DNA of 64,000 bases from the NCBI GenBank assembly GCA_964016885.1, contig OZ024742.1, positions 278,690,001 through 278,754,000 of the forward strand, given 5' to 3'. The DNA is from Eledone cirrhosa (Eukaryota). The notes under the pieces were generated by a model. The model saw only the letters and a program-made list of their open reading frames with translations. It did no database searches and was not told the DNA's origin. Both the position numbers and the translations under genes were made by a program. Shown piece after piece: positions 17,750 to 30,249 of the stretch. Position 1 is the first letter of the stretch. Each line of letters opens with the position of its first letter.

Positions 17750-17942
17750 CTGCTGAGCGATGGCAGTATCGGTAGAGAGTCGGACACCACGCTTTGAAGG
17801 GTTACGTCCCTTTATGATCTGAGTTCAAATTCCGCCGAGGTTAACTTTGCCTTTCATCCTTACGGGGTCGATAAAATAAAGTACCAGTAATGTACTGGGT
17901 TTTGCTGGCCTTGTGCCAAATGTAGAAACAATTATTATTATT
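17750..17942 (+). mobile_element. tRNA-derived SINE, family S1
   Basis: A-box-like tggcagtatcggtaga; B-box-like gagttcaaatcc; core gccgaggttaactttgcctttcatccttacggggtcgataaaataaagtaccag; 3' agaaacaattattatt tail. Many copies in the window. Confidence 0.85.
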
Positions 17943-18234
17943 TTATATTGCCTTTCTCACTTAATCACGCTTAGGGTCTTTTCACCTTAAAACCAGTAGG
18001 TGTATAATTAACAATTATATGATTAAATATTTTACTTAGCTACGTTATTAAATCCTATAGAATGAAGGTCCTTAAACGTATCTTTACGCTGAATATCTAT
18101 AAAATGTTATTACCCGAAATATTATGGAACCTGTACCTGTATACTATCCTGGCTAATACTCAAAATACTAATGTTAATAAACTGTTAAATGAAAAAAGAA
18201 TTATTATAAGAAAATAATTTATTCATATTAAAAT

Positions 18235-18338
18235 ATAATTGTTTCTACTTTTGGTACAAGGCCAGCAATTTACCAGTGCATTACTGGTACTTTATTTTAT
18301 CGACCCCGTAAGGACGAAAGGCAAAGTTAACCTCAGGG
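18235..18338 (-). mobile_element. SINE S1, 3' half
   Basis: Reverse complement of the S1 core and tail. Confidence 0.8.
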
Positions 18339-18374
18339 GGTGAATTATTATTAGCAGGGATGGATTTCTTTTGA

Positions 18375-18665
18375 AAGGTTTTTGATATGAAATCAGGTGT
18401 TGAAACAGATATTGTTATATTTGGGGATTGTCATGAGGTCATAATATTGCCAAAAAAAAAAAAAAAATAGTAAAACACACTCACTGTTTTGTTTGGTTTT
18501 GGCTTCAGTATATTTCTATATTTATATAAATAATTTAGCTGACAATCAATGTTTATCATTGATTGACAAACAGTTAAAATATAAATATGGATATAGTTTC
18601 ACAAAGTTCTTTCGTTGCACATATTAGTGACATCTTCAATGATTATCATGTTTCCTCCCGTCGGA
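18375..18665 (-). mobile_element. Diverged solo pseudo-LTR of the PLE family, with a degenerate hammerhead
   Basis: Matches 46571-46830 and 36183-36450 (tgaaatc..gtgt.gaaaca.atattgttata; aaagttctttcgttgcac). Confidence 0.65.
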
Positions 18666-19354
18666 TTATTATTATATTTTAGTAAAATACATCCTATCTA
18701 TGGGAACACAAGTAGTTCTTCAGAAAATATGGCTTTAAATTTGGTGTATTTAAATGGATGCACCTGAACATATTACTGGTATCTACTTTAACAACTTAGG
18801 AAAAATAAAGATTCAAATTTCAACACAGGAAAATATTAATTGGGAATATAGGAACGATCGAAATGCGAAACTACTTAAAGACACCCAAAACAATATGGTA
18901 TCTGATATACTCCAAACAAAAAAATAATAACGTATAAATAAATAAATTAAATCAAAGAAAATGATTCGCCACAGGCTGGAACATCTTTTGATCAAAAGTT
19001 TGCTCAACGAGCGTTGATATGGAGTGCTAGAAAATAACAGTAAATAAACCACAACCACAACAAACATGGTTTATAAAGTTTCGTTTCGTCCGAAAATCTT
19101 AAACTTCTCTCCTCTAAATTTTCTTCATGGACTGACACGAAAGAAATAAGCAGAAAATTAGAATTTCCTCGTCCTGTAGATTTTCCATTTATCTAAATAT
19201 AATACTAGACTTAAGGAATATTTATTTCTTTAATTTTTCCACTTTAATAATTTTCTAAATTTATTTTCTGGGGCGTTTTTTTCTTCTTTCAATTGGCCGT
19301 CCTTTATTTTGTATTTGTGTGTGTTTCTTCTTTTTTGCTGTTTTTTTATTTTTG

Positions 19355-19371
19355 CTGTTGTTGTTGTTATT

Positions 19372-19408
<37 letters not shown>

Positions 19409-19503
19409 GTGGTGGTGGTAGTCTTCTTCTTCTTCTTCTTCTTCTTCTTCTTCTTCTTCTTCTTCTTCTTCTTCTTCTTCTTCTTCTTCTTCTTCTTCTT
19501 CTT
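19355..19503. repeat. (GTT)n/(GGT)n then (CTT)n microsatellites
   Basis: Direct reading. Confidence 0.95.
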
Positions 19504-19656
19504 GTACTACGGCTTTAACCAATCTTCTCCATCTTCTCCTTAATCTTTTTAATGCAGGGTATTGGTAATGTGGTTACAAATTACAATTTGCATTCGTATT
19601 GTTTCGAGATTTATCCATCTGCATTGTAGAGGTTTATTATAGAAACGACCAATCTT

Positions 19657-19912
<256 letters not shown>

Positions 19913-19993
19913 GTTGTGTATAATGGTAGCTATGGTGCTTCCATAGGCGTTATGCCAACATTAGCACTCGATATTCACCAGAGTAGAGTGTAG

Positions 19994-20780
19994 ATAGTAT
20001 AAAGAAAACGAAAAATCAGTGATGCATCTGGAGTTAATTTATCGCGTGTTACAATTGTTTCGCCGGCAGGTAGCTCAAGACATCGTCCCTGAATGGATCA
20101 GGCTGATTCTACGGATGCAGGTTCTTTCAGACACGGGTATTTCGTTCGGAGCAAATTTTATCACTGGGGTGTTATCATAAAAAAACACCCTAAAAAAAAA
20201 CTCTTCACTCTTGTCATGCCATTGGCTGTTTTTACTTCACGCCATCATAAGTTCTGGTAAGTATTTACTGCTACACGGGACATCAGCCATTTTCCGTCCG
20301 ACACACTTCAATGGAGTCATGCTGGGTTCAGTATCTCACACGTCTGTTCAGACTCCAGAGTAAGCACCCACACATACGAATATATACACACATATACACA
20401 CACATGCAGACACAGACACATTCGTGCATACACTCACGTACGCATACATGCGTAGACATACGCACCCCACATACATACATATATGTATATGTTAACACAC
20501 ACGCTCTCCCTTACTTCCTCGGACCCTGTCACACCCACTTCTAGATACATATCGCCACAAGCCTTATAACGGCTACTTAAGTCACGTCATATATCCGGTC
20601 GGACAAGCATGGCCTACGCAAACATACACATATAAACACACATACGCGCGCACACATACATACACACACCCCTTATATACATTTATATATATACACACTC
20701 ATACACACACATATATATATACACACATACATACACATACAAACATATATACAAACACACACACATATATATATATAAAT

Positions 20781-20833
<53 letters not shown>

Positions 20834-22128
20834 GAGAAGAAAGAAGAATACTGCGTGGTTGCACATAGGTTACATATGATAAAAATAGTCCTTCGTGATA
20901 CCTCAGGTTGGTGCGAGCAATAACTAAAAAAGGTTATTGGGACCAGTAAATCGCGTAAAGCGAGGGAGACAAGTGAACAACATAGAAGGATTAAAGCAAA
21001 CCAAAGAAAGGAAATAAACAAGCAACATGGTAGTCCTGGTCAGCATAATCTGGGTGGATTTCATGAGTGAAAGGTACAGGCTCGTCCAGCGTGAGTGGGA
21101 TGTAAGCAAGAAGAGGCCCACTGTTAGCCAAACGGGAGGAAGTGAGAAGGGGAGAAACAGAGAGTGAGTGAGTGGAAGTGCGAGGAAGCGGTCAGTCGAG
21201 AGAAAGAGTAAATGACAGAGGGTGCGAAAGAAGGTGAGAGAAACAGAGAGAACGGGGAAGTAGTAAGAGAGAAACAGACAAACGCAGCCGAGGTGAATAT
21301 ATATAAAAACATGAAAAGAAAGAAGAATACTGCGTGGTTGCACATAGGTTACATATGATAAAAATAGTCCTTCGTGATACCTCAGGTTGGTGCGAGCAAT
21401 AACTAAAAAAAGTTATTGGGACCAGTAAATCGCGTAAAGCGAGGGGGACAAGTGAACAACATAGAAGGATAAAAGCAAACCAAAGAAAGGAAATAAACAA
21501 GCAACATGGTAGTCCTGGTCAGCATAAACTGGGTGGATTTCATGAGCGAAAGACAGACATACACACACACATATATATATACAAAAAAACCCTACATGCA
21601 TACGCAAACCCACACATATATATATATACATATATACTTGCAGACATATATACATCTACATATGCATACACACACAGGCTGCCCATGCAGACACCTGCAC
21701 ATATTCATATTTGCTTACACACACATGTGCATCCACATATACATATATAAACAAAATCATAAATTAAAAATACATTATATAATAAAAAACACAATATACC
21801 ATAAAATAACGGTAAAATAACATAAAATATAAAATATAAAGTATAAAATATCAATATAGTATACAATATGATATATATATATATATATGTAGAAGTTCTA
21901 TTTAATTTGTTGGGATACAAGCAAATATTTTTATAACTGATATAAAGCACTCAACAAATTATTGGAGTAAAATATGATATATTAACAAATGGAAACTATA
22001 TTTATAAAACCATATTTATTTCATTATACATATTTCAAGGACACAAAGTTAAATGATGGTGTGCTTTCATCAGATAAAATATAATATAGAGCAGTTTTAT
22101 AAATAAATATTGACATACCCTTAATATA

Positions 22129-22224
<96 letters not shown>

Positions 22225-22276
22225 TGTACACACATTCATACATACATATACGGATATATACAAAGGATATATGGTT

Positions 22277-22321
<45 letters not shown>

Positions 22322-22405
22322 ATGTATGTGTGTATGTAAGTTTGTGTACGTACGTGTATTTTATATGTATGTGTGTGCATGTGTGTATATGTATGTGTAT
22401 ATATG

Positions 22406-22451
<46 letters not shown>

Positions 22452-23189
22452 TATGTATGTATGTATATGCATGTGTGTATGTATATATGTGTGTGTATGA
22501 GTGTGTATATATATAAATGCATATAAGGTTGTGCGTATGTATGTGTGCACGCGTATGTGTGTGTATATGTGTATGTTTGCGTAGGCCATGCTTGTCCGAC
22601 CGGATATATGGCGGGACTTAAGCAGCCGTTATAAGGCTTGTGGCGATATGTATCTAGAAGTGGGTGTGACTGGGACTGTGGAAGTGGTGGGGAGCGTGTA
22701 TGTGTATATATACATATATGTATGTATGTGGGGTGTGTGTGTCTACGCACGTATGCGTACGTGTGTGTATGCACGGATGTGTCTGTGTCTGCATGTGTGT
22801 GTATATGTGTGTGTATATTCGTATGTGTGGGTACTTACTCTGGTGTGTGAACAGACGTGTGAGATACAGAACCCAGCATGACTCCATTGAAGTGTGTCGG
22901 ACGGAAAATGGCTGATGTCCCGTGTAACAGTAAATACTGACCAGAACTGATGATCACGTGAAAGTAAAACAGCCAATGGCATGACAAGAGTGGATGAGGG
23001 TTTTTTGAGGGTGTTTTTTGATGATATCACCCCAGTGATAAAATTCGCTCTGAACGAAATACCCGTGTCTGAAAGAACCTGCATCCGTAGAATCAGCCTG
23101 ATCCATACAGGGACCATGTTTCGAGCTACTTGTCGGCGAAATAATTGTAAAACGCACTAAATTAAGATTTTTCGTTTTCTTTATACTAT
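19994..23189. repeat. Long inverted repeat with ~750-bp arms (19994-~20745 and ~22445-23189)
   Basis: atagtataaagaaaacgaaaaatc vs gatttttcgttttctttatactat; ccgtccgacacacttcaatggagtcatgctgggttc vs gaacccagcatgactccattgaagtgtgtcggacgg. Confidence 0.9.
20827..21552. mobile_element. Non-coding element with ~245-bp terminal direct repeats (period 479 bp), nested in the inverted-repeat spacer
   Basis: aagaagaatactgcgtggttgcacatagg...ggatttcatgag.gaaag at 20841 and 21320. Confidence 0.8.
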
Positions 23190-23210
23190 ATATATATATA
23201 TATATATATA

Positions 23211-23930
23211 TAAATTTTAGTACAGCATAGACGAAGCTCTAGTATACGGCCAAGCTAGCATGTATGCTTATTCGGTTTGTAGATTTAGCACTCATATGAG
23301 GTAAGACCCCAGAGTATAACATTATGTTCAGACAGCTTAGCAAATTAGATATAGCAGTCGGCAGTCCGACCGCATCACTAGAGCAACGAAAATACAGGAC
23401 CCAGGTAAAGATTATTTACTGACCTGGACATAACGCTGAGGCTGGGTGTAAAATATACAATCCACATGGTGTTTCCACAATATTGATCGCAAAATCGCAC
23501 GCAGCGACAGCGCTAAGTTTCTGCAAATCCATGATCGATAAATTCCTATTGCAGGAGTCTGCAATATAATGGTTTTTGACGACAGAACATAGGATTTACT
23601 TCCTCAGCAAGTCTTTCGTTCTTAGCCAAAGCGGGTACAGACAAGCTCGCCACAGACACATGGTTTTGTCCGAAGGGAGGTAACCCCCGTTTTGGCGGTG
23701 TATTCTAATTTGAGATAAAGGAATGAATCCCCTTATTCAAACCGAATAAAGTACTCGACTAGAAGTTATCAAACAAACTTAAACAATTAATTAATCAATA
23801 GAATCATTAAATAAAATTAATCAGTTAATCGTTAATTCTAGGAGTAAATATAAATTTTAGTACAGCATAGACGAAGCTCTAGTATACGGCCAAGCTAGCG
23901 TGTATGCTTATTCGGTTTGTATCTTTAGCA

Positions 23931-23933
<3 letters not shown>
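23211..23933. mobile_element. Non-coding element with 83-bp terminal direct repeats (period 640 bp) between (TA)n/(CT)n tracts
   Basis: taaattttagtacagcatagacgaagctct...tttagcactc at 23211-23293 and 23851-23933. Confidence 0.85.
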
Positions 23934-23995
<62 letters not shown>

Positions 23996-24048
23996 CATAT
24001 ATTGTATATATATATATATATGTATTTATTTATTAATATATATATATA

Positions 24049-24110
24049 TACGAGGGTGGGCTGAAATGTTCATAGACTGACTATGAAGGACCGATGCTAG
24101 AGCTCTGTGT
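24049..24110 (+). mobile_element. Possible mariner-type terminal inverted repeat (TIR) remnant
   Basis: TA-cgagggtgggctgaaatgttc resembles mariner ends (TACGAGGG...); no partner end seen. Confidence 0.45.
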
Positions 24111-24422
24111 ATTTGTGTGTATATATATGCATATATGTACTCACGCATGCGGGTGGTGTAGATGTCTAAAGTTTGGTATGGCCTGATGTTCACACACGAT
24201 GCTAGTGGTGTAAACTGGTGAAATTAGACACACACTAGAACTGTGTATGTAATACACACCCACGTATAAATGCATACATACAGACGCTCACAGATAAATA
24301 CACTCTTGACACGAAAGTATATACATGCGTATATTCACAGGGAAGCATACACACACGCTCATATATATGTGTATATATGTATATACACTGTACGGCTTAA
24401 TTCAGGTTGTTTCTTTACAAAT

Positions 24423-25072
24423 AAACCGAACATTATAATAAATGTTCGGTAAACCCATACGTACATATATATATATATATGTGTGCATGTATGTATATAT
24501 ATATACATACTACTGTACGTCTGTATACGTATATGTATGTACGTATACATGCTTACATTTAAGTCTCAGCGTTTTAAGTGTGAGAAATGAAATTTCATTT
24601 CATTCTTTTCCATTTATCGTTTTCGGTACGCCCGGCCGACTAACTCACTCGATATGCAAAATAGGCTGCTCAGCCGTTAATATGCATAAGGAAAGTATAT
24701 ACTTTCAAACGTTCAATCGTCTGACTGTAAGGTATACGATTGCGACGATAGCTAATAAGCTTGAAACTAGTCCATCGTTCCTTTGTCAGTGTTGAACAAA
24801 AGGGCACCGATGGTTGCCGAACACTATACGGCATAAATCGGGCTGTTTGTTTACAAACCGAACATTATAATAAATGTTCGGTGAACCCATACGTACATAT
24901 ATATATGTGTGCATGTATGTATATATACATACTACTGTACGTCTGTATACATATATGTATGTACGTCTGTATACATATATGTATGTACGTCTGTATACAT
25001 ATATGTATGTACATACATTTAAATACCAGCCGTACTAAGAGTGAGAAATGAAATTTCGTTTCTTTCTTTTCC

Positions 25073-25078
<6 letters not shown>
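24423..25078 (+). mobile_element. Non-coding element with ~200-bp terminal direct repeats (period ~432 bp) and a degenerate hammerhead
   Basis: aaaccgaacattataataaatgttcggt at 24423 and 24855; both repeats end gtgagaaatgaaatttc...ttttccatttat. Confidence 0.8.
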
Positions 25079-25149
<71 letters not shown>

Positions 25150-25155
25150 CATACA

Positions 25156-25240
<85 letters not shown>

Positions 25241-25242
<2 letters not shown>

Positions 25243-26490
25243 TAAAATAACAGATTAAAGTTTAAGCAAAGAATCGCTGCTTTCACTTAACGGGATCTTC
25301 TGAAACTAACAAAGTCAATCTGTAAACGCAGAAGTAGATATTTCAAAAAACGTTGCAACCGGAGGAAGACAGGAAGACGTCATACGTCATATGTGGAACG
25401 TGGAGAACAATAGCACGCAAAGACAAAACCACGTAAATGGTATAGCAGAAGTCGTAGACTAAAATTCTAACTAGGAGACCAAATGAATCTCCGCTACAGA
25501 GTTAAGAACAAGTAAATAAATACAATACAGAAGTAATAGAAATAAATAAATACATACACGCAAACAGATACGTACATACACAAGCATACGCAAAGCCTTA
25601 CCATAGGTATACAAAACCACGCACGTATAAATATGTGTGTGTGACTATGCGTGTATACAAATAAATAAATAATTATATAAACGTATATAAATAAATAAAT
25701 ACGTATATAACAAGCGCACACAGATACCTACATATAAATACACGAATATTCGGAGACGTAAGTCAACTAAAACAAGAAGTACACGTATACACACACCCAC
25801 CATACGTACGAACCCGCATACTCACACAGACGCAAAACTCCCGTATACACATAGCCAAACTCTATGTACCAGAATATATAAAATTATACGCCAAAACAAT
25901 CAAATATACGTACGAGAAGGTATACGTACCTTCACAAAACAAACGGGTAATACATACTTACCTATGCAAATAAGTAAAGGAATAAACAAAACATATACTT
26001 AGCTCCCACATCAAGACGTAAAATATCCACGTATAGATCGTACTATCCGTTAGCGTATAACGTGGGGCTGTGGATTTTAGTCTACGACTTCTGCTATACC
26101 ATTTACGTGGTTTTGTCTTTGCGTGCTATTGTTCTCCACGCTCCACATATGACGTATTTCTTCGTTTTTTCGTTCATTGCCAGCGAACGTCTCTATGCAC
26201 CACCTAAGAGAACATTAGTCTGCGACCTCTTTTATACCATAAACGTGGTTCTGTCTTTGCGCGTAATTGTTTTTCACCGCTCCTATTAATTACGTATTAT
26301 TCGTTTTTTCCCGTTCTTTGCCAGCGAACGATTCCACGAACCAAAGTATCGTATTCCTGTCTTCCTCCGGTTGCAACGTTTTTTGAAATATCCACTTCTG
26401 CGTTTACAGATTGACTTTGTTAGTTTCAGAAGATCCCGTTAAGGGTGAAAGCAGCGATTCTTTGCTTAAACTTTAATCTGTTATTTTAAT
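25241..26490. repeat. Inverted repeat element; arms 25241-25465 and 26074-26490, right arm with an internal ~140-bp tandem duplication
   Basis: attaaaataacagattaaagtttaagcaaagaatcgctgctttcac vs gtgaaagcagcgattctttgcttaaactttaatctgttattttaat. Confidence 0.9.
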
Positions 26491-26585
26491 GAATATTTGC
26501 TCTACGGTTCTTATATATTTGATATATATTTATCCTTATCGAGCCCTCTTTGGATTTTAGTCTTCAAATTTATTATTATTACTAT

Positions 26586-26622
<37 letters not shown>

Positions 26623-26789
26623 CTTTAGCGTAGAATTCAACGCATTCGCCTGGCTTTCCAAAAGAGTTCGCTCTATGGCGGGCGCTACTCTCTAGATTTG
26701 TTCCTCATATACCATTTATGGAAATCGACTTTCATTATGGTCATTGGCATTTGAAGAACTAAATTTAAAATTTCATATATCATATATGC

Positions 26790-26857
<68 letters not shown>

Positions 26858-26870
26858 GTGTGCGTGTGTC

Positions 26871-26921
<51 letters not shown>

Positions 26922-26929
26922 GTGTGTGC

Positions 26930-27001
<72 letters not shown>

Positions 27002-27071
27002 CTCTAAACCTTAGGTAGATTAATTATCAAACTCAGAAAAGTAATTAAACTGCTGCCAAAATCTCAATATT

Positions 27072-27631
27072 AATTATTTCAAAATATTGGAACAACTAAT
27101 ATTGGAAGAACAATTCTGTGATCACGGAAGGACTTTTTGGAACAAGAGTAGATATTGAATATAAAGTATACAGACCATGTCTTCGTCGAAACAGCAAGAT
27201 ATCTAAAACGTTTAATTATGGAACTACTTAATGAGCAAATCTATCTCTATATATAGGACAACACGACAGGCTTACACTGAGACTAAACATAGCAGCAGGA
27301 AGCCCGTCTAAATTTACTGTTCGCTGAAGGAATAGCAAATATCAATTAAAATATTAGTCTCTATTACGTAGACATTTCAATGAAAGGATAAATTATACAC
27401 ATAAATTATGAAACTTAGAAAACTAATTAAAGAACTTAAATTAATGCGAAGATCTCAATTTTGGATAATATAAGCTAGAACATATATTTCCCCAAAACAA
27501 GCTTTCTGTAATAGAGAAACAATATGGTCTATATATTTTATATTTAACGACTCCTCTTCTTCCAAATAATTCTCCCATGAAGAGGTAATCAAATTCTTCC
27601 AATATTGCTTATTCCAATATTTTGAAACAAT
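27072..27631 (+). mobile_element. Highly decayed PLE 3' remnant (GIY-YIG traces) bounded by ~45-bp inverted repeats
   Basis: Manual translation gives LYIGQ...RHFN...RRSQFWI..KL. IR: tttcaaaatattggaacaactaatattggaagaa / ttcttccaatattgcttattccaatattttgaaa. Confidence 0.45.
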
Positions 27632-28817
27632 CTATATATATATTTCAACAATGTCAGTATTCCGTGTGTCATAATTCTCGATTATCATTGGTTCATACGT
27701 TTCAAACGACTCCGCCCACCTCAACGACGCCAAACTTAAATTAATATGCATAATGCCAATGAGGGAGTGAACGGGGAGAGTAAGAAACAGAGAGGCAAGG
27801 TGAACGGTGTGTTGGATACACTATGTATATCTGTCAGTGTAGAGAGATGTGTGGGTGGGTGATGTGTGTGGAAATAAGAGGTGAAGGAAAGCAATAACTA
27901 TTAACATGTGTGCCTGTATATGTACGTGCGCGTATGTTTATGTGTGTGTGCGTGCAGCGTTCCACAGAAAGTAAAAACTATCAACATGTGTGAGTGTGTG
28001 CGTGTATGTAAGTGCACGGGTGCGTGTGTAAGTTTGCGTGCGTGTGCGCGTTTCCATGCGTGTATGTGTGTGTACGTACGGCGTTCCACGATCGCCACGC
28101 AGTTAATCTGTCTGTGTGCCTGTCTGCCAGACTAACATACACAGAGTTGTGAAGGGAATAAATAGAGGCTTTTTTTTACATTGACGGACATTTTTTATAT
28201 TTATTGCTCAAAATGAATACTGATAATGAAAGCAATTCGATTTTATCAAACAGTGAACTACAGCGGCGACGGCGTGCAGCCAGGAATGAAGAAAAACGGG
28301 TCGAACAGCGCCATCGGAACGCCGAACTTCAGAGGCGAAGACGTGCCGCCATGAATGAAGAGGAGCTAGCTGAACAACGCCAACGAAACACTGGAGCCAA
28401 GCAGCGACGGTGTGCTGCTATGGTTGAAGACGAACTGGCTGAGCATCATCTTTTATATTAATTATCTATATCTATATCTACATATAATATAAAAGATTGT
28501 AACTTCCATCATCCTTTTGAGAAACGTGGAACAACCACGTCTATGCAATGATACACGTTTTACAGTCAGGCAGAAGATGAACCACCTTCTAGAGGTCACT
28601 ATTCTAGGTGGGAGCAACCTGAATTATTCATATACTATGCACAAACGGTACAACGAAGAATTTGGTATATCTGGAAGATCTTTTACTGTATTTTGTATCA
28701 CACAGTCACGGACTTGCCTCAACTGTAACCAGACAAACATCCAATACAGTCATTTTCTCTTTTACCTGTCTTCTCTTATCATCTGTTTACCCGGGCAAAG
28801 CTGGGTACGTCAGCTAG
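27631..28817 (+). mobile_element. Non-autonomous Helitron (internally deleted RepHel)
   Basis: 5' A|TCTATATATA. ORF 28204-28461 resembles Arg/Glu-rich RepHel N-terminal repeats. 28517- gives RNVEQPRLCNDTRFTVRQKMNHLLEVTILGG, matching the PIF1-type helicase RNL..P.LCNGTRL motif. 3' hairpin acccgggcaaagctgggt followed by CTAG|T at 28814-28817. Confidence 0.8.
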
Positions 28818-28859
28818 TTAATATTAATTGGTGCAATATATTATATTATATTTCATTAT

Positions 28860-28972
28860 TAAATCCCGCCGAAGTTGACTCTGCCTTTCATCCTTACGGG
28901 GTCGATAAAAGAAAGTACCAGTAATGCACTGGTAAATTGCTGGCCTTGTGCCAAAATTAGAAACAATTATTA
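28860..28972 (+). mobile_element. SINE S1, 3' half
   Basis: S1 core and tail. Confidence 0.8.
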
Positions 28973-29338
28973 ATCACAATTATATAACTACTGTTACAGG
29001 AAGAATTAATATTTCCTATACAAAATCTGTCAAATTTCGTCAACATGGGTTCCCATGTACTATTCCTAGGATTTTTATTAATTTTGAAATATTAACATAC
29101 ATTTCATTAGCATACATTACAATTGATTGTAATAAGTATTTTGATATTACATTACATCATAACGTAGATAATCGGTGGCCAATTAATCGACCTACAAGAA
29201 ATCGGCTTTGCAATGAAAATGGAGATATGTTAAGGATATTGGATTATATTTTACAAATTCTGAAATGTTAACGTTGAAGTTTATAGATATGATAATTTCG
29301 TTTGTCATATATTGTAGATGGAAGATGCACGGGACCAT

Positions 29339-30200
29339 TTAGTCATCTGTAAAGTTACAACAAGGACCTGAGACAGATAATACTTTCCATAAAATGGGCG
29401 CAGTGTCTAGTAAGTCTGATATTTGTATGATAGCAATCTTACGCGGTATTTCCAACTGTTTTAAGATATCTTGGAGGAGTGTCAATGGAGTTGACGCTAT
29501 TGTCCAAATCACAACTGGTATCACTTTCACATTATCCTCTTGCATTCCGAACAGTCTTCCCATATTTATCTTTAATCCGGAGTATTTGATGATTTGTTTT
29601 CAACTTCTTTACGCGCAATATTCATATCATTTGGAATGGCTACGTCTATTGGTCTGACAGTATTTGTCTTTCTTATTCAATACCACTAACTCCAGTCGGT
29701 GATGCTCAATTACATCATAATCACAGAATATCGTTTCTTTTCTATCCTCCTGCATTAATTTACAAGGCACATTCTCATACATATTCTCGGTTACTTCGTA
29801 TTGAAATTTTCTACATAAAATCCAGAGAAGCTGCAAACAGACATTATCGTGGTGGTGCTTGTATTCTTTATGTGCAAGGCCCTCACATTCACTCATCAAG
29901 TGGGTTACATTTTTTTCACAGAATCTGCATTTCTTGGTGTCAAGGGGTTTGTAGATGTAATCCTTCATCGAACTGGCTGCAGGAGCTTGGTCTTGTGCTG
30001 CATTTATAAGGCTTTCAGTGGTATGACCCAAATTAGCTTGCGTAACCGATGTCGGTGATGTTTTAACCTTGATATTCTGTTTGTTTCTTTTAAATTGCTC
30101 GTGCATTCTCATATCCAGAAGATCTTCATTTCCCTTCTCTTCAACTCTTTGTGTAAACACTTCCTTACCAAATATTTCATCTTCATTTATATCCACAGCA
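29339..30200 (-). pseudogene. Decayed C-terminus of an R4/Dong-like non-LTR retrotransposon (zinc knuckle plus restriction-like endonuclease)
   Basis: LINAAQDQA...KCRFC..VTHLMSEC..LA.KEY..HHDNV; HRLELVVLNK (RPD-like); VKVIPVVI; IQISDLLDTAPILWKVL. Confidence 0.75.
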
Positions 30201-30249
30201 AGGTCACTTGCTGAACGACCTCAGATATGGATTCGACTACCTTCTGCGC

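Noticed and set aside
17750-17835. tRNA gene
   Set aside because: A/B-box-like motifs run straight into the SINE body; no cloverleaf or acceptor stem.
28204-28461. Host coiled-coil gene exon
   Set aside because: Lies within Helitron ends next to a PIF1-type helicase relic.
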